The position numbers were made by a program, and so were the translations under genes. From NCBI GenBank assembly GCA_045863855.1, contig BTVV01000055.1, positions 1 to 37,794 of the forward strand: a stretch of 37,794 nt of DNA. Direction: 5' to 3'. The first letter of the stretch is position 1, and each line of letters starts with the position of its first letter. Below are positions 9,015-17,679 of this stretch, one piece after another. Origin of the DNA: Planctomycetota bacterium. GTDB taxonomy: Bacteria; Planctomycetota; SZUA-567; H5-PLA8. The notes under the pieces are model-generated. The model was not told the DNA's origin and did not search any database. It saw only the letters and a program-made list of their open reading frames with translations.

Positions 9015-9101
9015 GCACTGTCCCGAACCCCTTCTTCGGCGTCTGCTTGCGGGGAGCTGCGCGGCGCATCCGCCTTCGAGGCGTTTCGGGACCGCGCCTA
9101 G
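9011..9101. mobile_element. Putative MITE with 17-bp terminal inverted repeats including CTAG ends
   Basis: ctaggcactgtcccgaa vs reverse complement of right end ctaggcgcggtcccgaa (15/17); no ORF. Confidence 0.6.
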
Positions 9102-9179
9102 GACGTTATAAAAGTAGAACGGCCACAACGGTTCGGCGTTGCGGAGCGCACAATCAAGCGAAGCGGAAAAGTGCGGTGG

Positions 9180-10283
9180 CTATTGCGCGGCGGCACTTGT
9201 TTGCGCGGGCTGGAACGTGACGGGCTGGACCCTTTTGACGGGCGGCATCGCTTTACAGGCCATGCGCGCCGCGAGCAACCGCAGCGCTTGACGGCCGAGC
9301 ATTTCGTAGTCCGCGCGCACCTGGCTGATCTCCAGCGCGCCTGCCTTCAGGTTTGAACTGTCCGCTGCAGCGAGACTTACCTGGTTCGGCACGGCCACGC
9401 CTAAGCCGCTCAGGACACGTACGATCGGTTCGACAAAGCCGCAGTTCGCGACCACGTACGCGCCCGGGCGCACTCGTCGATGGAATTCCGGCAGCAGGCT
9501 CTGCACCATCGGCACGCTGCGTCGGACATCCAGAATCAGATCGGGTCCGGCGGGGAGTCCGGCTTCGACCAGCGCGCGGATGTATCCGTTCAGGCGTTGC
9601 TGCCACGACGGATCGGTGGATTCGGGCAGCGGTCCTTCGCCGATGTACGCCACGCGCCGATGCCCCAGCGCCAGCAGATGCCGCGCGGCCAGATAGCCGG
9701 CCTGGAAGTGATCGATTTCCACGGCATCGAAAGCGGCGGCTGCCGGGGCGAAATCGACGGCCACCAGCGGGACGCCGCGCGCGAATTCGTTCAATTGACC
9801 GCTGTGCGTGGCTTCGACGGCCACCACGCCCTGGCAGGCGCGGCGCATGTCGGCGACATCGACGGGCGGAAGATCGTCGAGGCCCATTTTTCGTTCGCCG
9901 TGGGTAAAGAAAGTTACCTGCGCGGGCTGATGCAGCGCCAGTTCGATGCCGCGCAAGATACCGATGCCGTATTCGGACGAGGTGAAATAACCTTGGCCAC
10001 GGCTGGTGAGAATGCCGACCGAGCGCAACTTCGGCAGGACCGGAAAATGGGCTTCGGGCAGATGCCCGGCGACGAAGGTTCCGACGTGGCGCTTGCGTAC
10101 GATTACGCCTTCGCGCGCGAGTTCCGAAAGCGCTGCGCGAACGGCTCTTACGGTGGCCCCGGTTTCGCGGCGAAGATCGACTTCATCGAGCGGCGCGCCT
10201 TCAGGTAGTTCGGCCCGCGCGATCAGGGTACGCAGGTGCTCCTTGCAGGCACGGATTTGGTTCCCCTTGGCGGATTCTTGCAT
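9180..10283 (-). CDS. GntR-wHTH + LacI-type sugar-binding transcriptional regulator (AraR-like)
   Basis: TVRAVRAALSELAREGVIVRKRHVGTFV; GYLAARHLLALGHRRVAYI; VPNQVSL. Confidence 0.9.
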   Translation of the reverse strand: MQESAKGNQIRACKEHLRTLIARAELPEGAPLDEVDLRRETGATVRAVRAALSELAREGVIVRKRHVGTFVAGHLPEAHFPVLPKLRSVGILTSRGQGYFTSSEYGIGILRGIELALHQPAQVTFFTHGERKMGLDDLPPVDVADMRRACQGVVAVEATHSGQLNEFARGVPLVAVDFAPAAAAFDAVEIDHFQAGYLAARHLLALGHRRVAYIGEGPLPESTDPSWQQRLNGYIRALVEAGLPAGPDLILDVRRSVPMVQSLLPEFHRRVRPGAYVVANCGFVEPIVRVLSGLGVAVPNQVSLAAADSSNLKAGALEISQVRADYEMLGRQALRLLAARMACKAMPPVKRVQPVTFQPAQTSAAAQ

Positions 10284-10483
10284 CCTTATTATTTAACATA
10301 ACTAACAAACAAAATCAACAATCCAGGTCTGGCTGTTCATGTAAATGTTTACTTTATAAGGATTAGAAATACGTGTCTCATCGCAATGTGTTTTGGAATA
10401 GGAATTAAATGACAAAGTTATCGGTGTTAACTAACAGAGGTGGAGTAGCCGGAACACCTTTAATTGCATTGAGGAGCCTGCAA
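10284..10483. promoter_or_regulatory. AT-rich divergent promoter region with candidate operators
   Basis: TGTTAACTAACA near-palindrome at 10425-10436; TAACTAACA repeated at 10299-10307. Confidence 0.55.
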
Positions 10484-11626
10484 ATGATTAAGCGCGCTGG
10501 AGTTGCAATCTTGGTGCTGTGCCTGGCCCAGGGGTTTGCGCTGCGGGCCGCGACACCCGGGCTTGCCGCGCCGAAACCCGCGCCGAACCCGAAGTTCGCC
10601 CATTTGCCGGACAACACGGTGGTTGATCTGGGACCGTTGAAGCTCGAGGTGCCTGAAGGCGAGGGCCAGGGCTCGGGAGCGGGCGTAACCGATTACAGCG
10701 GGATGACGTATGACCCGCACAACCACCGCGTGCTGATGTTCGGCGGCGGGCACGCAACCACCTTTAGCGACACGATCTATGTCTTCGACTTCAAGACCCT
10801 GGAATGGTCCTCGCTGTACAAGCCGACGCCCGCACGGTTTTATAAGCCGGAGAATATGGAGAAGGCCTTCTGGAAGGCGGGCGGCGAAGGTCCGTATCCG
10901 CGCCCGGTTGCCCGGCATACTTACGATTTGCTGCTGGTGCCCGATCACCGCAAGGAATTCCTGGTGCTGATGAACGGTTGCGGTCCTTCGAGCGTCGCTC
11001 CGGGGATCGGGTATTTTGGCGGCGGCGGCGGCGCGTACGACTTCGCCACCGGCAAGTGGGAACGGTTCGAGAGCGCGTTCGGCGGTTACGGCGCGGTCGC
11101 GGAATACGATCCGGTTTCGAAGAAGGTCATCGGCCAAGCCGGGCAGGGCGTATTCGTACTCGATCTGGAAACCCGCAAGTCGGCCAAAATCCTCGATAAC
11201 ATCATCGACAAGCACAAGGTCACCGCCTACTCGGGCACGCTGGTGTACTACCCGCCCGACCAGTGCATGTACGGCATCGGGGACAAGAAGGAACCCTGGA
11301 AGCTGGAACTCAACCGGCAGGATTTCGCGCAATCGAAGATCACGAAGCTCACCGCAACCGGCGATCGGCCGCAGCCTTCGGAGTGCGCGTTTGCCTACGA
11401 TCCGAAGAGCAAGCTCATTGGCGGCGGGATCATGGACGGGAAGTTCTACACCTTCGATCCGGCGAAAAGCGTTTGGGCCGCGCACGCGATGCAGGGCGAC
11501 CCTTGCACCCACATGACCTTCCACTGCCTGGCGTATAACCCGGTGGATAACGTGCACCTATTCATCGGCACCGATCCGCAGAATCGATATGGAAAGCGCA
11601 CGTTCGCGTACCGCTTCAAGAATTAA
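10484..11626 (+). CDS. Secreted Kelch-like beta-propeller protein
   Basis: RBS gaggag then ATG10484; signal peptide; repeated YDP..../FGGGH/W blade motifs. Confidence 0.75.
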   Translation: MIKRAGVAILVLCLAQGFALRAATPGLAAPKPAPNPKFAHLPDNTVVDLGPLKLEVPEGEGQGSGAGVTDYSGMTYDPHNHRVLMFGGGHATTFSDTIYVFDFKTLEWSSLYKPTPARFYKPENMEKAFWKAGGEGPYPRPVARHTYDLLLVPDHRKEFLVLMNGCGPSSVAPGIGYFGGGGGAYDFATGKWERFESAFGGYGAVAEYDPVSKKVIGQAGQGVFVLDLETRKSAKILDNIIDKHKVTAYSGTLVYYPPDQCMYGIGDKKEPWKLELNRQDFAQSKITKLTATGDRPQPSECAFAYDPKSKLIGGGIMDGKFYTFDPAKSVWAAHAMQGDPCTHMTFHCLAYNPVDNVHLFIGTDPQNRYGKRTFAYRFKN

Positions 11627-11719
11627 GCGTGCCGCCGCGGCAGGTTCGAGGCTTGCATGAGGGATCGCGTCGGTTTCTGAAGCTGCCGGGACGTGCGCGG
11701 GCCTGCCGTCTGGGAAGGC

Positions 11720-12283
11720 TTATTCCGCCAGGTGGCTCCAGCCGGAGTTCTTCAGCGCTTCGTGGGCTTGCTTGATCGGGAGCGGTTCGTCGACGGCGTG
11801 CGCGGCGTGGGCAAAGACGACGCGGCCGGGCGGGACGATCACCACGAGGCCGCCGTACTCGACGCCTTCCTTCACGTCTTCGAAACTGGCGCCGAGTAGC
11901 GCAGCGAGGCTGCGCAGGATGCCGCTGGATTGGCTGGCTTTGCGGTCTTCCTTGAAGAGTCCGGCGGCGCGGTAGGCGTGGCGTTCGGGATCGACGTAGA
12001 GTTCGCAGTTGGGCTTCTGGTCGTCTTCGAAGCGGTCGGCCTGATCGGGGCGGTTGGGGCCGATGAGATAGACTTCCGCGCCGAGCGAGCGGAACGGTTT
12101 GAGGTGTTCGGAGACGAGCGCGAGGCGGATGCGCGCGGCCTTGGAGCGCAGCGGCGGCAGGAAGACGAAGACGGCGCGCTGGTTGGCCCACAGATCGCCC
12201 AGCGGCACGGGGTCCTCTTCGGCGTCCTGCACGCAGGCTTCCGCGAGGGCTGCTAGATTAACGGCCGTCCGTTCGTCGCTCAT
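11720..12283 (-). CDS. AhpC-TSA_2 / peroxiredoxin-like 2 family protein lacking the CxxC motif
   Basis: VPLGDLW, AVFVFL, LYVDPERHAYRAAGL, GGLVVIVPPGRVVFAH. Confidence 0.7.
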   Translation of the reverse strand: MSDERTAVNLAALAEACVQDAEEDPVPLGDLWANQRAVFVFLPPLRSKAARIRLALVSEHLKPFRSLGAEVYLIGPNRPDQADRFEDDQKPNCELYVDPERHAYRAAGLFKEDRKASQSSGILRSLAALLGASFEDVKEGVEYGGLVVIVPPGRVVFAHAAHAVDEPLPIKQAHEALKNSGWSHLAE

Positions 12284-12536
12284 CGTTGGTCTTCGCGCTA
12301 TCCTCTTTCACACGTTAAAAGCCAAACGGTGTCGAAGGTTTCGGTTCCTTACATATCTTCAACGACGCCGGCAGCACCGCGTATGGCTACTTTTGGTCCG
12401 GACGTGCTGCGGGTGTATGCAAGTCACCGCAGCTGAATACGTTAGCTTATCCAGCCGGCTCATCCTAACTCAGACCGAGACCCGATCCAACCGTGAATGC
12501 GACCGCTGGCCAGGTCTTTTTGTGCCCGCTGAGCGC

Positions 12537-13394
12537 TTATTCGACGACGCGGGATTCCAGGTTGAGTTTCACTTTCCCTGCGCCTTCGACCTCCATTTTC
12601 AAACCGCCTTCGGTAACGTGCCCCGCGACCGTGACCGGTCCGGCCAGCGCGGCTTCGACAAGCCACGTATTGGCGATGCCGATGAGGAGTTCGCCTTCGA
12701 AGGCGGTGGTCATCTTCTGCTTGTTGCCGGCGGATTCGTCGAGCTTGCTCATAACGAGCTTGGCCTTGAAGACGGCGCAGTCGAAACCGGCGGCCTTGCG
12801 CGTGCCGGTGAGGGTCAGTTCGAAGGTTTCGACCTGTTCGGGATCGGCGGGCTTGAGGTTCAGGAGCTTGCGGGCGAGCTTGCCGTCTGGGGCGAGTTTT
12901 TCGTTTAGCTTCACGCCGCGCCCGTCGAGGTAGGCGGCGAGCGCGTCGGCTTCGTGAAAGGCGCCGAAGTCTTCCTCGAGCTTCTGCTTTTCGAAAAGGT
13001 GCAGCGCGCGCCCGTCGGATCGGCGGGTCTGGAGCGTTCCGTCGCGGTGTTCGACGACGTAGGCCTGCCCCTCGACGGCGGAAGGCGCGGGCACGTCGCC
13101 GGCCTGTTTGAAATCGACGCGTTCGTAATGGACCTTGAGCCCGGTGAGGCGCTTGCCGTCGAGGGCGAGGACGGTTTCGCGGCGGGTCTGGCGGTGGATG
13201 AATTCGTCACGTCCCTGCTGGACGATTTTCCCGGCGGCTCGGGCGGTGACGTCGAGGCGCAGTTCGAGTGCGGACGTCTGGCGGACGGTTTGTCCCAGCG
13301 GCGGGATCTGGTAGGCGAAGGTGACGGAGTCTTCGGCGGCGGCGAGGGCCGCCGCGGCGCAGGCCCACAGGCAGAGTACGGGGATCGCACGCAT
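12537..13394 (-). CDS. Secreted hypothetical beta-rich protein
   Basis: Signal peptide MRAIPVLCLWACAAAALAA; high-GC3 codon pattern. Confidence 0.75.
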   Translation of the reverse strand: MRAIPVLCLWACAAAALAAAEDSVTFAYQIPPLGQTVRQTSALELRLDVTARAAGKIVQQGRDEFIHRQTRRETVLALDGKRLTGLKVHYERVDFKQAGDVPAPSAVEGQAYVVEHRDGTLQTRRSDGRALHLFEKQKLEEDFGAFHEADALAAYLDGRGVKLNEKLAPDGKLARKLLNLKPADPEQVETFELTLTGTRKAAGFDCAVFKAKLVMSKLDESAGNKQKMTTAFEGELLIGIANTWLVEAALAGPVTVAGHVTEGGLKMEVEGAGKVKLNLESRVVE

Positions 13395-13403
13395 GGGCGT
13401 GTT

Positions 13404-14060
13404 TTACGGCTCCGGGTCCGCGCCGCCAAGTCCGGTCCGGGCGGCGGCTTTGGCCTTGCGGCGGCGGCCGAATTGGACCGAGAGCCAAAGCAGAAAGACG
13501 AAGCCTCCGCCGCTGGCCATGCCGAGGAGCGCGGCGGTGAAGTGGACGGCGAGGTGGGCCTGCGTGGAGCGCAACAGGATGGTCCCGCTCGATTGGGTGC
13601 TGCCGGAGTGCGGTCCGGCAAGGTGCTGATGCGTGTATGCGTAACGAAGCATGCGGCCGGTGCCCGAGCCGAACAGCTCCAGCGTAACCGTGACGCGGCG
13701 GCCTTGGTCGGAGCGGTTCCAGGTCCAGGCGAGCGGGATCGTTCCGGCGGCGTCGGGCGGGCCGGCTTGCTCGAGAAACGTTTCCAGATCGGGATTCAGG
13801 GCCAGTTCGCGCATCCAGGTTTCGAACCGGACATCGAGGTCTTCGTGCAGGTGGTCGTAACTGGCTCGAAATTCCTCCCAAGCGCGGGGCAATCCGATGC
13901 CGGTGGCTTGCCTTGCTCTCGCCTGCGCGTCCTGGATGGCGTTTACGATGCCGACGGCGAACGACGCGCAGCATCCGACCGCGAGCAAGAGCGCAAGCAT
14001 CCAGGCGAGGCTGAATTGAAAGAAGGGCGGGGTTGGGGCTTGCGGTGCGCGCAAGGCCAT
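13404..14060 (-). CDS. Hypothetical two-TM membrane protein
   Basis: ATG14060; FQFSLAWMLALLL N-terminal TM and C-terminal TM followed by a basic tail. Confidence 0.7.
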   Translation of the reverse strand: MALRAPQAPTPPFFQFSLAWMLALLLAVGCCASFAVGIVNAIQDAQARARQATGIGLPRAWEEFRASYDHLHEDLDVRFETWMRELALNPDLETFLEQAGPPDAAGTIPLAWTWNRSDQGRRVTVTLELFGSGTGRMLRYAYTHQHLAGPHSGSTQSSGTILLRSTQAHLAVHFTAALLGMASGGGFVFLLWLSVQFGRRRKAKAAARTGLGGADPEP

Positions 14061-14086
14061 CTTGGGCGACCTCGTGCGGGCCGGGG

Positions 14087-15577
14087 TTATTCTCTCAGGC
14101 GGCGCGCTTCTTCGAAGAGGCGGCGGGCCATGTGGGGGCGCTTGCCGGCTTCGGCCATGCTGATGGCGGCTTGAGTGACGTTGAGTTTTTTGGCGAGCTG
14201 GCCCTGGCTGAGGCCGAGTTTGTTGCGGACTTCGCGGAGCAATTCGCCTTCGTGGGGCGGCGGTCCGCCGAATTCGAAGCCCGGAAGGCTGGGCTGGCTG
14301 CCGTCGGGGCGCGGGGCGGGTGAGGGCGGTTCGGCGTCGGGCGAATCGAGCGGCACGGCCGCGGGCAGGCCCTGTTCGGCTCGTCGGGCGAGCGTGTTGG
14401 CGAGGAGTTCCTTGAGGAAGTGGGGCGCTTCGACGATCCAGTTTTCGTCGAGCGGTTCGCCGATGTGGGACGGATCCTTGGGCTTGACGATGAGGCGGCC
14501 CTTGGGCGGCACGCCGTCTTCGGCGGGGCCGGCGGCGGAGTAACGGAATCGTTCGGTCTCGAAGGCCGAGACGTAGCCTTTGTCGACCATGTACTTGATC
14601 GTCTTCTCGAGGCGTTCGAGCTGTTCGTAGGCGGTGTATTCGTCTTCGGCGATGCCGGCCATGCGCAGGAAGGCGCGCGCGCTGTACTTCAACGGCAAAC
14701 ATCCGCTCATGCGGAACTTGATCGGCAGATGGACGCCGAGGGTGAGCGTGAGGGCGTGCGTGTGCGCATTTTCGCGTGCGAGCTGCTTGAGCTGGTAGGT
14801 GTAAAAGTTCTGCTGCGCGCGGGTGCCTTCGGCGGCGATGCTGAAGAGGTGCGGATTGATGCGCAGGTAAATGCGTTCGTTGGTCTCGATGCGGTCGCGC
14901 AGGCGTTCGCCGTCGACGACGACATCTTCCCAATCGGTGGCGCTGGCTTCGTCGAGCAGCAGGCGGACCTTGATGGTCTGGCCGCGGCGGGTGCCGAGGC
15001 GGATTTCCTGAACGATGGTAAGTCCGCACAGGATGCCGACGATCTGGCGCGCTTCGCTGAGGTGTTTGGTGGTGTGGTAGGCCTTGCCGTTGACACGGTT
15101 GGAACGCTTGTAGCCGAGAATGTCGAGATGGCGGTTGATGTCGAAGACGAAGCCCCCGGGCAATCCGCCGGGCGCGGCGTGGGCGCCCAAATCTTCGGCG
15201 GCGATGAAGACGCCGAGGAGATGCTTTAGGCCGGTGGGCCCGAACTGGCGCTTGATGAGCGCCGAGAGTTCGCCTTCCTGCCATTGCGGATCGTCTTCGA
15301 AGAGCGAGACGGTGGTGCGCGCCTGGCTCTCGCGTCCGTTGTACACGATGTACGTACGGTTCTGGGTGCTGCGCACGCGTCCGGCTCGGTCTCGGCGCGG
15401 GCGGCCTTCGTCCATCAGCGCGGCGGTGAGATCGCCGCGGCGGGCCTGCCCGCTGAAGACGGGAATAAGGCCCAGAAAAAGCGCGGTGGAGGGGAGCCGG
15501 AAACTCTCGCCGCCGCTTCGGCTGGCGTGGATCAGCGAGAGCGCGTGATCGGGGCTGAGGGGGTCGCCGGTGCTCAT
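14087..15577 (-). CDS. Rep-like (putative tandem winged-helix) protein with C-terminal XRE helix-turn-helix
   Basis: C-terminal GELLREVRNKLGLSQGQLAKKLNVTQAAISMAEAG is a clear HTH_3; FVFDINRHLDILGYKR and YSARAFLRMAGI...LERLEKTIKYMVDKGYV resemble plasmid initiator WH domains (inference). Confidence 0.7.
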   Translation of the reverse strand: MSTGDPLSPDHALSLIHASRSGGESFRLPSTALFLGLIPVFSGQARRGDLTAALMDEGRPRRDRAGRVRSTQNRTYIVYNGRESQARTTVSLFEDDPQWQEGELSALIKRQFGPTGLKHLLGVFIAAEDLGAHAAPGGLPGGFVFDINRHLDILGYKRSNRVNGKAYHTTKHLSEARQIVGILCGLTIVQEIRLGTRRGQTIKVRLLLDEASATDWEDVVVDGERLRDRIETNERIYLRINPHLFSIAAEGTRAQQNFYTYQLKQLARENAHTHALTLTLGVHLPIKFRMSGCLPLKYSARAFLRMAGIAEDEYTAYEQLERLEKTIKYMVDKGYVSAFETERFRYSAAGPAEDGVPPKGRLIVKPKDPSHIGEPLDENWIVEAPHFLKELLANTLARRAEQGLPAAVPLDSPDAEPPSPAPRPDGSQPSLPGFEFGGPPPHEGELLREVRNKLGLSQGQLAKKLNVTQAAISMAEAGKRPHMARRLFEEARRLRE

Positions 15578-15591
15578 AACAGGAGTGTTAT
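15576..15591. promoter_or_regulatory. Inverted repeat over the start and -10 of the Rep-like gene
   Basis: ATAACA-ggag-TGTTAT; minus strand reads TATAAC-N9-ATG. Confidence 0.4.
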
Positions 15592-15688
15592 AAGGGGAGG
15601 CGAGGGCCAGAGCAACGGGCGCTTTGCTGGTGGCGGACGGTCGAGCGGATACGCTGGCGTAGATCGCTTCTGCATCGAAAGGGCGAGC

Positions 15689-16180
15689 ATGGTCGAGAGC
15701 CGTCCGATTCAACCGGGGATCTTCGCGCGGCACGGTTGGCTGCTGCCGGTGGGTTGCGGGGTGGCGCTGCTGCTGGGGTTGGGCGGCTGCGTTGGGATCG
15801 TGGGCGCGGTATTCTATTCGATGCGCTCGTCGGGCGCGTACCAGATGGCGTTGAAGCAGGTGAAGGCCGATCCGCTGGTGCGGGCGAAGCTGGGGGCTCC
15901 GCTGACGGACGGCTTCATCGTGGGCGGAAACATCCAACTGACGAACGATGCGGGCACGGCGGCGCTGAATTTCAAGGTCACGGGCACGCAAGGTTCGGCG
16001 CAGGTCTCGCTGCGCGCGACGAAAGCCGCGGGGGTGTGGACGCTGGACGAGCTGCGCGTCGATCCGGAGGACGGTTCGGGCACGTTATGGCTGGTGGGCG
16101 GTCCGCCGCCGACCACCGGGCCGGGATTGGGCGCACCGGTGGAAGCGCCGGAGACGAAGCCCTCGGGGGGAACTCGGTGA
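15689..16180 (+). CDS. Coa1 (cytochrome oxidase assembly factor 1)-family membrane protein
   Basis: TM then YQMALKQVKADPLVRAKLGAP...FKVTGTQGSA...WTLDELRV. Confidence 0.75.
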   Translation: MVESRPIQPGIFARHGWLLPVGCGVALLLGLGGCVGIVGAVFYSMRSSGAYQMALKQVKADPLVRAKLGAPLTDGFIVGGNIQLTNDAGTAALNFKVTGTQGSAQVSLRATKAAGVWTLDELRVDPEDGSGTLWLVGGPPPTTGPGLGAPVEAPETKPSGGTR

Positions 16181-16917
16181 AACGCTACAGCACGATATTC
16201 TTCGACTTCGGGGACACGCTGGCGCCGGTCAGCCCGGTGCCGCTGGCTCGCCGCTTGCGGCAGACGTACGAAGAGCGCTTCGCGGACGCGTTCGACCTGA
16301 AGCTGCCGAAGGACGACGCGGAGCTGTTGAAGCTGCACGAAGCGAGCAATCAGCAAGCAGGATGGCCGGTGGAGGAAGATTCGGTCGAGGCGTACGAGCG
16401 CGTCTATACGGCGTGGGCGCGCGGGCTGCTTACGGCGCTGCGGGCGCGGGAGAAGGATATCAAGCGGCACGCGGCGGAGTTCGGCGAGGCGTTCCGGGAT
16501 ATCTCGGACCGATCGCGCGTCGCGTATCCCGATTGCGTCCCGACGCTGGAGACTTTGAAAGCGCGCGGGTATCGGCTGGCGGTGATTTCGAACAACGACG
16601 GACGGCTGCTGCGGCGGATGACGTACATGGGGTTGACGAGTTATTTCGAGTTGATCGCGGACAGTTCGGTGGTGCAAAGTTCGAAGCCGGACGCGGGGAT
16701 ATTCAAGCACGGCCTGAACGGGCTGGGCGTGCAGCCGGCGGAGGTGCTTCACGTGGGCGATCTGTACCACGCCGACGTGGAAGGCGCGGGACCGCTGGGA
16801 ATCGACGCGGTCTGGATCAAGCGCACGAACAAGCCGGCGCCGGAATCGGCGCATCGGCCGCGGTTCACGATCGCGGAACTCGCGGAGCTTCCGCCGCTGC
16901 TGGGCGAAGCGAAGTAG
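16177..16917 (+). CDS. HAD-IA family hydrolase
   Basis: GTGA overlap with previous stop; FFDFGDTL, VISNND, KPDAGIF, HVGDLYHADVEGA. Confidence 0.9.
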   Translation: MKRYSTIFFDFGDTLAPVSPVPLARRLRQTYEERFADAFDLKLPKDDAELLKLHEASNQQAGWPVEEDSVEAYERVYTAWARGLLTALRAREKDIKRHAAEFGEAFRDISDRSRVAYPDCVPTLETLKARGYRLAVISNNDGRLLRRMTYMGLTSYFELIADSSVVQSSKPDAGIFKHGLNGLGVQPAEVLHVGDLYHADVEGAGPLGIDAVWIKRTNKPAPESAHRPRFTIAELAELPPLLGEAK

Positions 16918-17020
16918 CAATCGAAGCTCAAGAAGAGCCCGCCGTCGCGGCGTAAAGTGAAACCGGCTCTCCATTCGGTGCGAAATCGTCCGCAAAATAC
17001 GCGTATAGTGCCTGCCGTGC

Positions 17021-17049
17021 TTGACACTCTCGAGCGCTGCACGAATACT
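17021..17049 (+). promoter_or_regulatory. Sigma70-like promoter of the ferritin-like gene
   Basis: TTGACA-N17-AATACT. Confidence 0.45.
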
Positions 17050-17128
17050 CTTGGCCGTGCGATGGCGGCGCCGGCGGCCGCGATCGATTCGAAGCCGTGC
17101 CCCATTTAACCCAAACGAGGAGCGAAAC

Positions 17129-17617
17129 ATGGGCGACAAAGTCCGGACCAAGGAAAAAGTGGACAAGAAGACGCGGAAGATCATCGAAGAGCTGATCGTG
17201 GCTTACTGGATGGAGATGGAGACGGTACAGAACTACATCGCGAACTCGATCAACCTGGACGGGATCCGCGCGGAGGAGATCAAGAAGGCGCTGCAGGCGG
17301 ATATCGCGGCGGAGATCGGGCACGCGACGACGCTGGCGCGGCGCGTAAACGTGCTGGGCGGGATCGTACCGGGCAGCTACGACTTCAAGGCTTCGCAGAA
17401 GTACCTGCAGACGCCGAAGGACACGACCGACGTGGTGGCGGTGATCGAAGGCGTGATCGAGGCCGAGAACAGCGCGATCGCGCAGTACAACAAGCTGATC
17501 CAGCTTTGCGACGGCTTCGACTACGCGACGCAGGACATGGTCATTACGCTGCTGGAGAACGAAGAGGCGCACCGCCGCGAGTTCAAGGGCTTCCTGAAGG
17601 AATACAAGAAGTCCTGA
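17129..17617 (+). CDS. Ferritin-like (bacterioferritin/DpsL-like) di-iron protein
   Basis: RBS gaggag; four-helix pattern E..., EIGH, EAE..AIAQY, EEAH. Confidence 0.88.
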   Translation: MGDKVRTKEKVDKKTRKIIEELIVAYWMEMETVQNYIANSINLDGIRAEEIKKALQADIAAEIGHATTLARRVNVLGGIVPGSYDFKASQKYLQTPKDTTDVVAVIEGVIEAENSAIAQYNKLIQLCDGFDYATQDMVITLLENEEAHRREFKGFLKEYKKS

Positions 17618-17645
17618 GCGCTGGAACTTTGAACAAGCAGCCCTT

Positions 17646-17679
17646 AAGCGCGCCTCGCAAGAGGCGCGCTTTTCTTTTT
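17646..17679 (+). terminator. Rho-independent terminator (possibly bidirectional)
   Basis: aagcgcgcctc-GCAA-gaggcgcgctt followed by a T-rich tail, between convergent genes. Confidence 0.85.

Noticed and set aside
10291..10301. Second dif site: ATTTAACATAA is an 11/11 match to the E. coli XerD arm
   Set aside because: No XerC arm at the 6-bp spacing (TTGATTTTGTT); it lies in an AT-rich promoter/operator, so probably coincidental
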